DNA of 64,000 nucleotides from Veleropilina oligotropha (Eukaryota): NCBI GenBank assembly GCA_048128005.1, contig JBEUKZ010000119.1, positions 62,001 to 126,000 of the forward strand, read 5' to 3'. Shown piece by piece: positions 11,601 to 22,068 of this stretch (position 1 is its first letter; each line of letters starts with the position of its first letter). The notes under the pieces were generated by a model. It saw only the letters and a program-made list of their open reading frames with translations, ran no database searches and was not told where the DNA came from. The position numbers and the translations under genes were made by a program.

Positions 11601-14073
11601 ATTCCGCTATCAGCTCTTCCTGTTTATCCGTTTTCGGTTTTCTCCACAATGTCTTCCCTTTGTGTTTGAGCAACGTCTGGATCTATGAAGATATTTCTTA
11701 GAATGGAGTCTTCTCTGTCACTCATGTTTACTGCTGGTTTCTGTACTTCCTTTTAATAAGATCCCGATTATATTTTTGCCTTGAGTGGTCGAGTTTGCTC
11801 ATTTGGGTCAGTTGATATTTGACCCAGACGTACCATATTGCTTATCTCCGCTCCATCCACATCTAGGTGCTCTAAAAATGTCCGATACCGTCTCAACCTG
11901 TATTTTACATAGTGTACAGTTTTCGCCTTATCCCCATAACATATTAATTTTCATTGGCGAATATTTCCAAACCTCGCCATGTGTTACCCTACATGCAGTT
12001 AATGTTCTGCGTCTTTTAAAGTGATCTTTGAATTGAAGATATCTGGTCGATGTAGCAAATGGATATACATGTTATCCCTTACGTCATCGATTACTTAAAC
12101 TGTCCTGACATAGGCGGCTGCAGGTTGAGCCGCTAGGAAATCGTTTGTACCACATGGAATATAATATATTTACTTCGGTTCTCTTCTGTATCTTGGACGT
12201 TACTACATAATCAGAGTCGTTGTGTCCTCCATAATAGCAACGTGGTGGAAACGAGTCGCTTCCGTGACTAAACGCCCCAGTAAAATACCGAAGTCCTCCA
12301 ATACATCTTTGGCGTGGTAATTTATGAGAAAGAATTGAATCCTGCTTAGCTTCTTGATTATACAGTTTAATAAATCCAAGGCATAATCATATGGATATAC
12401 AGGCGAATACACAGCAAAGCAGATGCGAAGCAGAAAAATCAGCAAATCTATACTACATGATTAAATATGACAAGGAGACTCTATAAGTGCCGGTCTCCAA
12501 GTCCCGAGCCTCTACCCCACCCCTTTAACATTCAATATCCCACAGCGAGGCTATGATGCTAATTTATATTTTATCCAATCGTATTATAAACTCCATCACG
12601 CCACAGAACAGTGAAACACCGTATTCTTAAATGATTGGCTGGCTCCTTTTGCGATGTGAACTAGTTTAACACCAATTAACAATCTCGGTCATATATTGCG
12701 TGATCATAAATCCCGAGATATTTACTAGGTCAAAACAACATCAATTAAAACTTTGCGATTGTTCATCAATTAATAGTGTTGGCTGTTTTATCTTATAGAC
12801 AATGGCGTTGACCTCATATATTGCAGGACCCATGTGCCCCTGATATTTTCTAGGACAGAACAGCGTCATCTTATAAACTTGCGATTGTCCATCAGTTAAT
12901 AGTGTTAAAAGATTTAGGTTCTCTGCAAGGTCGCATATATTAAGTTTCACGTAATGGAGCAAAGGCTATCTGACATTTACAAACATTAAGTGACCACAGA
13001 ATATGAATTGTGAAATCACCATTTAAATGTATCCATACGTTAGATCCACTTAGTTAAAATAATTCCCTAATTAATTAGTGACCTAATAGGTTAACGCATG
13101 TTGATTTAATGTTCAAGAATCATTGGCCCTGTTCGTATAACTCAGAAGATGCGATGAATTATTGGAATCATAGCTTTGTATGTTTTGCGACCACTAATAT
13201 TGATTCCATCGTACGCTAATAGGACACCAATTGGACCCCGCGTCAAGTCAGTTTATAAAACCATATCATTCAGATGAGCATAGTCGCCTTTATCGTTTTG
13301 AATGATAGTTCTCTTTGCTCATCGTAACATAATATTATCCTATACGTCAGTACTGAGTGATGACTGTTACCGAAAAAGTGCAATAGATGTGTCGTAATTT
13401 AAGTCCTTCACCATGTCATGATCATTCGATACGATAAGGTCCAGTATATTAGTCTGCTGTTGCCTCGGTGGTGATTGGGTACAATTGCGTATATCCGATC
13501 AAGTCTAAGAACTGTGTACCCTGGCGGCTTCCCCTTGTTGAGGATAGCTTTTCCCAGTTTATTTGCAGGTGATTAATATCGCCCATCATTACGACGTGTG
13601 AGTAGCTAGCAATTATACATTTGATGAGTAAGTATGCTTATTACTAGATAATACAATGTCAGTCCGAGCGGTATATACACTTGTGTAACACGCTGAGTGG
13701 AATCGAGACTGTTATGTTTATAACGCCGATGGGTGGCAGGTGTAGTATACGTTATACACACCGTGGAAATGTATTGTAAATTGCAAGCTGTAACCCCTTA
13801 AAACATTCAATTGCCCACCATATGTCATTCTAGAGCTTGATCATAGATTCCATTGGCAACTTGTCAAATATATTGTCACTCAATTTAGTCTGGCCGGCTA
13901 GCCGAGTTAACCATGTTCTGGAATCAATGGGTCAATTAACACTACGAAATATATTGTTCACATAACCCCTTGGTGTGTATAAGGATATTGTTATCTTGTA
14001 AACTGTTAGGAGATTGGAAGACACATCCAAGCGTCACCTTGTCCTTACCATCGAATCCATTCTGGAACTGTTG
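8640..14073 (-). mobile_element. Interrupted degenerate CR1-like LINE 5' halves (further copies)
   Basis: Collinear similarity to 180-2940 (e.g. 8850-8920 vs 300-360; 11700-11950 vs 2400-2630; 13260-13620 vs 700-950); APE motif 'LGCVFQSPNS' at ~14000-14030. Confidence 0.65.
9103..9587. repeat. 48-bp minisatellite, ~10 copies
   Basis: Unit TCTGGCTCGCATGCAACGCAAATGCTAGTCTATGTAATGAGCATGTCG with few variants. Confidence 0.95.
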
Positions 14074-14490
14074 AGCAGCAGGGGGGGTGACCATACCTTT
14101 TATAATGGGAAAATAAGGCTCCCAGCACCAGTTCAGAACTGAGCTGGTATTACTGAGGGGGGCTAGGGAGTTAGGGTGGGGCCCGGGGGTGGGGGCTCCC
14201 CGCACCTGTTCAGACCCGAGGGTATAGCGTGTATTACAAAAAGTCACCGTGTGTACAAACTAGGGTAGCTTAGAATAGTCAGCAGGGGGGGTGACCATAC
14301 CTTTTAGAATGGAAAAATAAAGCTCCCAGCACTATTTCAGAACTGATAGGGTTGTACTGGTGGGAACTAGGGGGTGTAGACTAGGGGCCCTCGGCCACCG
14401 TGGAGGCTCCCAGCACCTGTTCAGACCCCAGGGTATATCGTGTATTACAAAAAGTTACCGTGTGTACAGCGGCCCACTACCCTCGCCGGG
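14074..14490 (+). repeat. Left terminal inverted repeat (two ~205-bp tandem sub-repeats)
   Basis: Reverse complement of ~29102-29536 with a few substitutions and a poly-G length difference; the second sub-repeat starts AGCAGGGGGGG at 14281. Confidence 0.95.
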
Positions 14491-15099
14491 CAGCTTAGAA
14501 TAGTCTATGTGTCAATGGTGTATTCATAGCCCGTGGCTGACCTAGTGTCCTCATTCTCGAGAATCTTTATTGTGACACGTGACAATGACTTAGCTCAAAA
14601 GCTGTCGTGTCAGCCAGAAAGCTGTAACGATTTTTTTTTCTGGTAACTGAATCTTGTGAAATCAAAACACTGGTTACCGATTTCTCGCTGACATGACAAA
14701 TCTGGAGCGAATCTCTTCTTATCTGTGCCACGAGAAATGCGTTTCACAAAATCGATTTTTAACGGGGTCAGCCTAGCAGCGAGAGTAACAATGGAATAAT
14801 AGGCGTGACGAGATATTTCTAAAGACTCGGCATAGCCAGGTATTTCTAAAGGCGAAGCGCTTGCTTCTATTCATAACCGCTGAGAAACCCATTATGCTAT
14901 AGGCGTCTATTGTTTCATGGTTTTAAGTCATTGCGGGCAGGGGGAATCCCCGAGATACGCGAAGCGAAACGCTATGAATAGGCTGGATTGTAGAGTCAAC
15001 CATAGACAGCCGGCCGGCCATTGATACATGCACTGCGAGGTATTTCATTCATAAATCGGACAATGGATCGACCTGAAAAATGTAGAAGGTCACAGCTGT

Positions 15100-15522
15100 T
15101 TATATGAATATATAGTTGCCCGATGTTAAAGTGCAATTACAGGGTGAGTGATGTCCGATTTTTCTCCACACACCGAAGCAGCCAGACAGCATGGTGTAAT
15201 ACTCCCCATTTTTGCCAGGACATAGGGAGGGGGTCGAACACTGGACACATGTGACAGTATCTGGGGGTGTGGCAGGGCGACAGTCATTCTCCCCGATAAC
15301 ATAGTAGTGACATGACGGTGGGGAGACATCAGGGGTGGGGTCTCCCGGGCGTAGTAGCAGGTTTCTTCGCAAGGGGTCAAATCGGGCGTTATACCTGGGA
15401 TGATTTCGGTACCTAGCCCACGTGTGTTCAAGAATTAATGCAGTGTCGTGTCTCGACGCCTGGGTAGAGACACCCCCTAGCCAGCACACCGCGGCAATGC
15501 ACAGAAGTAGCATGGTTTTCAT
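15100..15522 (-). CDS. Secreted cysteine-rich protein (element cargo)
   Basis: ATG start, signal-peptide-like MKTMLLLCIAAVCWLGGVSTQA, 8 Cys in the C-terminal half ending CNC. Confidence 0.7.
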   Translation of the reverse strand: MKTMLLLCIAAVCWLGGVSTQASRHDTALILEHTWARYRNHPRYNARFDPLRRNLLLRPGDPTPDVSPPSCHYYVIGENDCRPATPPDTVTCVQCSTPSLCPGKNGEYYTMLSGCFGVWRKIGHHSPCNCTLTSGNYIFI

Positions 15523-15604
15523 GGTTGTCCAGATATCACTGTCGATTTCTAGCTTTAATACGGGGGAGGAGGGGGGTAGTCGTGGCTACGCTCAACCTGG
15601 ATAG

Positions 15605-16237
15605 TTAGTCGCCAGCCCCGATTTTTTTCAGCAGCTCTGCGCGACCCTCTAAACGACCACGCTCAATAAGCTCGCTCTGGGTCTGTGAAATCGCGGTGTG
15701 CGCCTTCCTACTCTTATCCCGAATTGATGCCTTCATGGCTTGGTATTTCTCCATCTCCCCTGTCACCAGTTGGAATTCATCATCAGACATCACCCCGTCC
15801 GCTAAGGCCTTTGAGACGTGGTCGGTTATGGTATTCAGCTTGCTGTCGGCCAGGACTCGAATCTCGTCATGTTTTTTAGCCTTCACCTGAAGGCGGCGGC
15901 TAATGTATTTTCCACCCATGCTGGCGAGCCCACAACCCAATGCCGCTAGTTCCAGCACTAGGACAACAGGTGCGGCAACGATTGTGGAAAGTAGTCCAAT
16001 TCCAGCACTACCCATACCTAGGGTCGCCACGACCAGGGCCGAGTCGATCCCGTCAACGACATTCATGCCTCGTCGGTACTTTTTATATAATGCAGCCCGT
16101 GTGTCCCTCTCTCGTTCTAATTGTCCCTGAAGCTCATTCACTTTCTGTAGTCGAAAAGACTGTGCCTCATGCAGTTCCGAAATCCCATCGCCACCAAGCT
16201 GTGGGTACATCATTGGCGCTGAGGGTGTGTTGTCCAT
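15605..16237 (-). CDS. Two-hydrophobic-helix, coiled-coil membrane protein
   Basis: 210 aa; charged helices flank a Gly/Ala-rich hydrophobic hairpin (SALVVATLGMGSAGIGLLSTIVAAPVVLVLELAALGCGLA). Confidence 0.8.
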   Translation of the reverse strand: MDNTPSAPMMYPQLGGDGISELHEAQSFRLQKVNELQGQLERERDTRAALYKKYRRGMNVVDGIDSALVVATLGMGSAGIGLLSTIVAAPVVLVLELAALGCGLASMGGKYISRRLQVKAKKHDEIRVLADSKLNTITDHVSKALADGVMSDDEFQLVTGEMEKYQAMKASIRDKSRKAHTAISQTQSELIERGRLEGRAELLKKIGAGD

Positions 16238-16672
16238 CTATACGTGGCTGTATTGTTCCGCCGGTTGATTCCCCTTGTCTACCGTAACGTTCAAATACAG
16301 GGTGCCGACCCACGGGGCCTTGATGATGAAGGCGAGGGTCAACCTGTCCGAATTCAGGCCAAGCTTACTTATGGAACATGCTTTGGGGCCCCCGGCGGGC
16401 TGGACCGGCGTCAGGTGGATCATTAGGAGGGCTGGGTTTAACCCAAACCGACCTCCAGCGTTTGGGATCATGAACTCCCTCTTCGCCAGCCCCTTCTTGG
16501 GCGCTTCCCCACAATTAAGAACGAAGTGCCACCGGGTTGGGGAAGAGGGCTCATCTGCAAGCAGGGGGAGGGGGGGAGGGTCCCATAGATGCTGGCGCTC
16601 ATTGTATCGCAAGGACTGCGGTAATGGGCATGCCGTGATTGTCGATCGGGTTACCATCTGCGTCTGTGACAT
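16238..16672 (-). CDS. Hypothetical protein
   Basis: 144-aa ATG ORF abutting the next gene and co-oriented with its neighbours. Confidence 0.5.
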   Translation of the reverse strand: MSQTQMVTRSTITACPLPQSLRYNERQHLWDPPPLPLLADEPSSPTRWHFVLNCGEAPKKGLAKREFMIPNAGGRFGLNPALLMIHLTPVQPAGGPKACSISKLGLNSDRLTLAFIIKAPWVGTLYLNVTVDKGNQPAEQYSHV

Positions 16673-17336
16673 ACACCTTCAATTCGGTGAGTGACCCGGC
16701 CTGTAGTCGCCGGCCGGCGGGGTAGCTCTGATAGTGGCCTGCCTCACCGAACATCTGCGACGTTATAGGGACCACCGCGAGAACATTGCTCGGGGCGCCG
16801 TCCTTCACATTGTGGGTTGTACTGAGCTGATCCAAGTGAACGTGTAGGGTCGGCGCTATGGCAAACCCGACAGGCTTGTTCCCGTCATAAGTCCCAGGGC
16901 GTAGCCACTCGGATCTCTCCGGAGGGGGAGGTGTGTGGCCCCGTACTCCAATGGGTGGGTTGAGATTCCCCGATTTATCGAGAATGAACGAAGAAAGGTC
17001 TAAGCCTAGGAGTTTCCTGATATCGTCGCTTATCGCGAGTCGGGTCCCCTCTGGGACCACGATTCGGGCGAGCCCTGTAGCATGGCTTACGTCTAGCTGT
17101 ATGTTCTTTAGCGACCTCTTCATCGTCTTGGCGAGGTCATCGAAGCTGTAGAAACCTGGCGGCACCTCGACCGTGGTATCGGGGGTCTTAAAGAAGGCTC
17201 CGGCGTGCACGTTGTGCCAGCCGACCCAATAGTCGAGCGACTGCAAGCTGACACATAGCTTGCCCTCCCGGTTATCAATCGGTTGAAGGAGGGCAACCGC
17301 GGTCCCATCTTGAACACTCGTTAATGTATGGAACAT
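16599..17336 (-). CDS. Probable minor capsid (penton-like, single jelly-roll) protein
   Basis: 245 aa, beta-rich; 'VEVPPGFYSFDDL', 'SNVLAVVPI' and 'LKVYVTDADGNPIDNHG' resemble Polinton/PLV penton motifs. Confidence 0.7.
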   Translation of the reverse strand: MFHTLTSVQDGTAVALLQPIDNREGKLCVSLQSLDYWVGWHNVHAGAFFKTPDTTVEVPPGFYSFDDLAKTMKRSLKNIQLDVSHATGLARIVVPEGTRLAISDDIRKLLGLDLSSFILDKSGNLNPPIGVRGHTPPPPERSEWLRPGTYDGNKPVGFAIAPTLHVHLDQLSTTHNVKDGAPSNVLAVVPITSQMFGEAGHYQSYPAGRRLQAGSLTELKVYVTDADGNPIDNHGMPITAVLAIQ

Positions 17337-17343
17337 AGTAGCT

Positions 17344-18621
17344 ATGGCTAAGAGCGCCTTTGCGTTTAATAGGAGTGCGGCCTATCCGAGCGGTGTGGTG
17401 TACCCAGCACAGATCAAAGATGAGCAGCTTACGAGACCAAGCATCAATGTGGGTAATAGCTCAACCACTGCATTCGGGGCAGACTATCCCGACGTATTTC
17501 AAAAGTATCGCCTCCCACATGTCGCGAGTGATCGGGTAATACGGGCTTGGCAGACCACGCCGATGCAGTTCTGGCAGAACAAGGTCAATTTCGCAGTCTG
17601 GTGTGCTACAACAGGTTCCGGGATCTCCTCAGAAGACCACTTGAATGCTACTGCAGCCCTCTCCACTGCTGTATTCACCTTCCACGTATACTATCAGGTC
17701 AGAAGGATCTTGACCGAGATTCCGGCCCCGCTGCCTCAAGACGTGACGTGGGATGCATTCGACACCCCGTATGACCGAAGGGCATATGAAAAGATCTGCA
17801 GCGAATTCGGAGTGTCCCCACATACCGACTGGCGTGTCAAGGGTCCCAACGGCGGACTAGGCACCGCTTACAGCTACTGGACGAACAACGGCTACCACCC
17901 CATCGGACGTGAGTATGATCCAAGCCGAATGTCCTTCACCAAAGGTACGACCAACACGAATATGTACGTGGACTACATCGCGCAAGCGCCTGCGCTTTCA
18001 AACGGCTGGGCTTCCTTTATTCTGGACAAGTCGGCAGGATTCACCCGGGCCGGCGTGGAGAGGCTCAATGACTCCATCAGGACCTACGTCTGGGCGATTC
18101 TTGGAGCGCAGGCGCAGACACGTGCAAGTATTCTGGGGAGTGGGACGGCATTTGATGCACAGAAACAGTTTCTGGCCGACGTCGAAGACGCCATCGCATC
18201 GCCAGTGGACCTCCCATCAGCCATCAAACGGTACCAGGACGTTTTGCAGTATGCCAGGTCCAAGGTCGACTTCGTATTCGGCGTCGGCCTGTACATGGCG
18301 CCAAGTAACATGCTTCTACGGATCGGGCAGGTGGCTGGTTATAACAACGAGATCGTCGTCGCCACGGAAGACCAGACCCTAGGTCTTAATATGACGGTGA
18401 ACGCGGCCAGTGTGCCGCTCAACGCCACTGGGGGTACTGGAGAAACAGGATTGGTTATTCCACAAGACGCAGATGCAAGCATACAGGTAGTCACTCTGAA
18501 GCATCCAAACGCTGAGCTGGCTGTAGCTGTTCCAGCGGTAGCTGTGGCACATGACGAGGAGAAAACCGCACTTATCGTGGGCGGCATTGTCGTTGGCCTA
18601 GCGTTCATCTGGCTTACGTGA
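17344..18621 (+). CDS. Hypothetical protein with C-terminal transmembrane anchor
   Basis: 425-aa intact ORF with an aromatic-rich globular core and C-terminal ALIVGGIVVGLAFIWL. Confidence 0.8.
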   Translation: MAKSAFAFNRSAAYPSGVVYPAQIKDEQLTRPSINVGNSSTTAFGADYPDVFQKYRLPHVASDRVIRAWQTTPMQFWQNKVNFAVWCATTGSGISSEDHLNATAALSTAVFTFHVYYQVRRILTEIPAPLPQDVTWDAFDTPYDRRAYEKICSEFGVSPHTDWRVKGPNGGLGTAYSYWTNNGYHPIGREYDPSRMSFTKGTTNTNMYVDYIAQAPALSNGWASFILDKSAGFTRAGVERLNDSIRTYVWAILGAQAQTRASILGSGTAFDAQKQFLADVEDAIASPVDLPSAIKRYQDVLQYARSKVDFVFGVGLYMAPSNMLLRIGQVAGYNNEIVVATEDQTLGLNMTVNAASVPLNATGGTGETGLVIPQDADASIQVVTLKHPNAELAVAVPAVAVAHDEEKTALIVGGIVVGLAFIWLT

Positions 18622-19911
18622 CCCACTGTCGTGCAATAAGAAGCAAGCCCCCAACAGATATAATCACAGCCCACAGATTATCGGCGAGCCACGACGCAGT
18701 CTTGCCAACCAGATTGATTAGCCAGGAAATCAGGCTTCCAAGTATTCCGGGGAGCGCGGCTGCGGCCTTCCCCGCTAGTTTGCCTAGAATCCGACCCAGG
18801 GTCCGCAGCTGCTTTTTTACCCACTCCTTGACCCCCCCCCCTGACCACTGGGAGGTGGTGGTGTTGGTGCGATGCTCGGCGCTCCGCCTGTCAGGGCTAG
18901 TACCAAAGTCGAGATAGCCAACCCAATAGCGGTCAGTATGGTTGCGATCGTAACCCCTTGCTCTCGGAAGAGGGTCCGAATACGCTTGGCCAGTGTTGTG
19001 TCAGAGTGGAGAATCCGATCTAGCATCTCTCGGATCCGGCTGATTTGAGAGCGTAGGGCCTCCCGGCTGGATCCGGCTGCCTCGAGGCGGGCTGCTCGTT
19101 CATCGTTTAAGTTGCGCAGACGTTCCGCAATCCGTCGACGTACAAAATCTTCCACACCGCCCTCTTCATCTGCCTGATCGAGCTTGCTCTTCTCCAGCTC
19201 TATGTGTTCGTCCAGCGCCGTTAGTTTGGCTAAGTTGTTAGTGAGCTCGCCTCGAATGGTCTGCATCGCCTTGTCCAGCCCACGAAGCTCACGAAGATTG
19301 AATGGAGGGGGGTCCCCCTCCACCGAGTTAAAGAACTCTTCAACTTCAGCGTCGGTGAACTCCGTCTCCATGTTGTGGATCGCTGCTGAGGCCGTTGTCG
19401 CGGTCTGCCCCAAGTCCTGCAGTTCTACGTTTTCGACATTGGCGGCCGCACCGCTCAACTCATTGTTGGCTGTCTGCAGAGCAGCAACCGCTTTTGAGGA
19501 CAGCTTCTGTCCCCCTTTCCCCCGCTTCTCTGGCCGCGTCCATGCTTCGAATCACAACCCTTTTCTGATCGCACTACCCCCACCTCTCCGGTTAGCTAGT
19601 GTTGACAAAGCATTGGGTTTTTTCGATCTAGAATTGATGAGATCGATGTTTGGATATTTCTTCAGCCGCAATCCCTCCCCCTCCACGTACTCGAACTGGG
19701 AATAATCACGCCACGTAGGCAAGGTCTGCCCCTCCTCCGACAGGGCTTTGTAGTAGTCATCAACCGCGTCCTTCACGAACTCTTGCCGCTGACTGCTGGT
19801 TCCTTCCTGTGGCCGTTCCGAAAGAACAGGCTCAATCCAGTCCGTGGATCCAACCTCACCATCATCGTCGATGATGTCGGGCTCGAATGTGGGGTTCTCA
19901 AATTCCGCCAT
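18614..19911 (-). pseudogene. ~430-aa coiled-coil plus multi-hydrophobic-helix membrane protein, disrupted in this copy
   Basis: ORFs 19552-19911 and 18817-19458 share a frame across one TGA. A frameshift in the G10 run at 18832-18841 hides the C-terminus VKEWVKKQLRTLGRILGKLAGKAAAALPGILGSLISWLINLVGKTASWLADNLWAVIISVGGLLLIARQWVT*. Confidence 0.75.
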
Positions 19912-19950
19912 TTGAATACACCGGTGGGGTACGCATCTAATTCAGACAAC

Positions 19951-21255
19951 ATGGCCAGCACGTATGGACGCACGTTGAATCCATACCGCAGACTTCGAGA
20001 GCCCCTCGGGGTCAAGGGTATCCGGCAGTCGGTCACCATAACGAACAACCCCTCCACTATTGCTGCCAACCAGCAGCTGTTGGTTCGGTTCCCTAATCTC
20101 GGGACTCACGACGTGATCGTGCCAGGGACGGCCCACCTCGCATTTACCATTTCTCTGACCTCGGCTAACCCGAACAGAACTGTAGTTCAGAATATCGGAT
20201 GTGCCGTGGTCAAGAAGACCACGATTAAGATAAGTGGGAACGAAATCATGTCTATAGATGACTCCGACGTGTACCACTGCTACTGCGATCTCTGGAAGAC
20301 TGCAGGGGAGCGCAATAATGCCCAATATCAGGGTATTGATACCAGCGACAGCCACAACACTACGAAGAATCGTGTCGGTGCTGAGGGCGCATTCAGACGT
20401 TCTGAGGACACAGCTATATCGGACGCGTATGGTAATAGGTTTCGCATCCCGCTGGACTTCGAGTTGCTGGAGAGCCACATGCCGTTCTACCAAAGTGCGT
20501 TGGGGGACCGTCTTGAGTACGAGCTTACGTTCAACGACTACTCCCGGACAATCAGGGACACCGATGACCCCAGCTCCAGCTACGTCATCGACAATATCAG
20601 CCTGGAATACGACATGGTCACTAATCTTGAGCTTGCCAGATCGATAAAAAACCAATACTCGGGCCGCCTCGTGATCCTTTACGATCGTGTCCTGCGGCAT
20701 CGTAAGATCACGAGAGACAAGAGTGACACTTTGTGGAACCTGAACCTGAACGTACCGGCGAAATCCATGAAGGGTATCCTACTGCTGTTTGAGGATCCCG
20801 CGAGAGACGCCGCACCATTCGCGAGGGACACCGAGGCCTTCTACAATCCGAAGATCACGAAGGTCGAGGTCACTATTGAGGGTGCGCCGAATCAACTATA
20901 CAGCCAGGGCATGCGTTCCTACCAGATGTGGGACGAAGCCAGGAGATTCTTCACCTCCTCTCCGATCAGCAAATGCCATCCTGAGGTCGCGATGGTTGCC
21001 AAAGACTTGGCGCTGGCCGACGTGACCCTGGGCGAGTTTCTGACGGAAAAGTTCGCACTCTGGATCGACCTGCGCGTAACCGACGACGACGAGCTGCATG
21101 GGTCAGGCCGGAAAGTAGATAACGCCAGCGAGGGCATTACGATTCAGATCACGAAGACAGGCGAAGCCGCCGGCCCGTTGAACGTCTACATGTTCGTGAT
21201 AATGGACGCGCAGCTGCATATTGAAAATGGCCGATTTGTCACCGCGCTGTACTAG
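19951..21255 (+). CDS. Probable major capsid protein (double jelly-roll)
   Basis: 434 aa from ATG 19951 (MASTYGRTLNPYRR...), beta-strand-rich, immediately upstream of and overlapping the packaging ATPase. Size and position fit a Polinton/PLV MCP; the fold is inferred. Confidence 0.75.
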   Translation: MASTYGRTLNPYRRLREPLGVKGIRQSVTITNNPSTIAANQQLLVRFPNLGTHDVIVPGTAHLAFTISLTSANPNRTVVQNIGCAVVKKTTIKISGNEIMSIDDSDVYHCYCDLWKTAGERNNAQYQGIDTSDSHNTTKNRVGAEGAFRRSEDTAISDAYGNRFRIPLDFELLESHMPFYQSALGDRLEYELTFNDYSRTIRDTDDPSSSYVIDNISLEYDMVTNLELARSIKNQYSGRLVILYDRVLRHRKITRDKSDTLWNLNLNVPAKSMKGILLLFEDPARDAAPFARDTEAFYNPKITKVEVTIEGAPNQLYSQGMRSYQMWDEARRFFTSSPISKCHPEVAMVAKDLALADVTLGEFLTEKFALWIDLRVTDDDELHGSGRKVDNASEGITIQITKTGEAAGPLNVYMFVIMDAQLHIENGRFVTALY

Positions 21256-21862
21256 TAGACGGTTCCCCCACCCCAAGGACCCCCACTCCGCGATCATCTG
21301 CGGCCAGACCGGCTGCGGGAAGACCTTGTTTATACTTGAACTTCTCGAGGGGGAGTACTTAGGAGTGTTCAAGCACATCGTCATTCTATGCCCAACGATC
21401 AAGTTCAATCAGGCATACCAGTCATGCCCATGGATCTGGACCGACCCTGAGGTGTACTTGATCCCCCCCGGTGAGCGGCTCCATGATGGGTTGCGGGGGT
21501 TCTACCGACTGTTCCAGGGGGAGCCGACTCTGTACATCATCGACGACTGCGCCGCCAGCAAAGCTATGGCAAAGAGGAGGGATATGTTGACTTTGTTGGC
21601 CTTCAGCGGAAGGCACGCCGAACAGAGCGTATGGGTAGTGACGCAAAAATACAACTCGGTCTTGAAGGAACTCAGAGAGCAGACCCGCTGGGTCGCGCTG
21701 TTCCATTGCAAGGACCGCGACAGTTTCGAGGACTGTCTGCGCGAGAACGATGTTATCTCATCCTGCGACGAGAGAACCGCAGTGCGCCGGCTTTTGGCCA
21801 AGACCAATCATGCCAAGCTTCTGTTGAAAACTGATCAGCCCGTTGCTTATAGTGTGCTATAG
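21227..21862 (+). CDS. A32/FtsK-HerA family genome-packaging ATPase
   Basis: Walker A GQTGCGKT, Walker B LYIIDD, and A32-type 'SGRH' and 'VVTQ' motifs. Confidence 0.9.
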   Translation: MADLSPRCTSRRFPHPKDPHSAIICGQTGCGKTLFILELLEGEYLGVFKHIVILCPTIKFNQAYQSCPWIWTDPEVYLIPPGERLHDGLRGFYRLFQGEPTLYIIDDCAASKAMAKRRDMLTLLAFSGRHAEQSVWVVTQKYNSVLKELREQTRWVALFHCKDRDSFEDCLRENDVISSCDERTAVRRLLAKTNHAKLLLKTDQPVAYSVL

Positions 21863-21903
21863 CTACCCAGCAGATGCTAAGTAGCTGCCCAGCAAGCTCT
21901 CGC

Positions 21904-22068
21904 ATGTCGGACGCTGTATATCTAGCTTTTGCTTGCAGCCAGAGCCTGGTATTGTTGCTACTCGTAACGTTGTGGTATTGGCATTGTCGCTATATTAGAC
22001 TGGCGAGGAGATGTTGGAAACGCTTAAGGATGGACAGCCTTATCGATCAACTCATGGACGACGAGTAA
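21904..22068 (+). CDS. Small membrane peptide
   Basis: MSDAVYLAFACSQSLVLLLLVTLWYWHCRY followed by basic residues. Confidence 0.45.
   Translation: MSDAVYLAFACSQSLVLLLLVTLWYWHCRYIRLARRCWKRLRMDSLIDQLMDDE

Noticed and set aside
13942..14247. ORFs spanning the TIR ends (also 29363-29632)
   Set aside because: Chimeras of TIR and flanking LINE sequence without an ATG start.
17344..18621. Adenain-like cysteine protease assignment
   Set aside because: I could not identify the HW...D...Q....CG catalytic pattern here or in any other ORF; a profile search is needed to confirm absence.
19783..19950. N-terminal extension of the MCP from a TTG start
   Set aside because: It overlaps the opposite-strand gene at 19911; ATG 19951 is in good context and more plausible.
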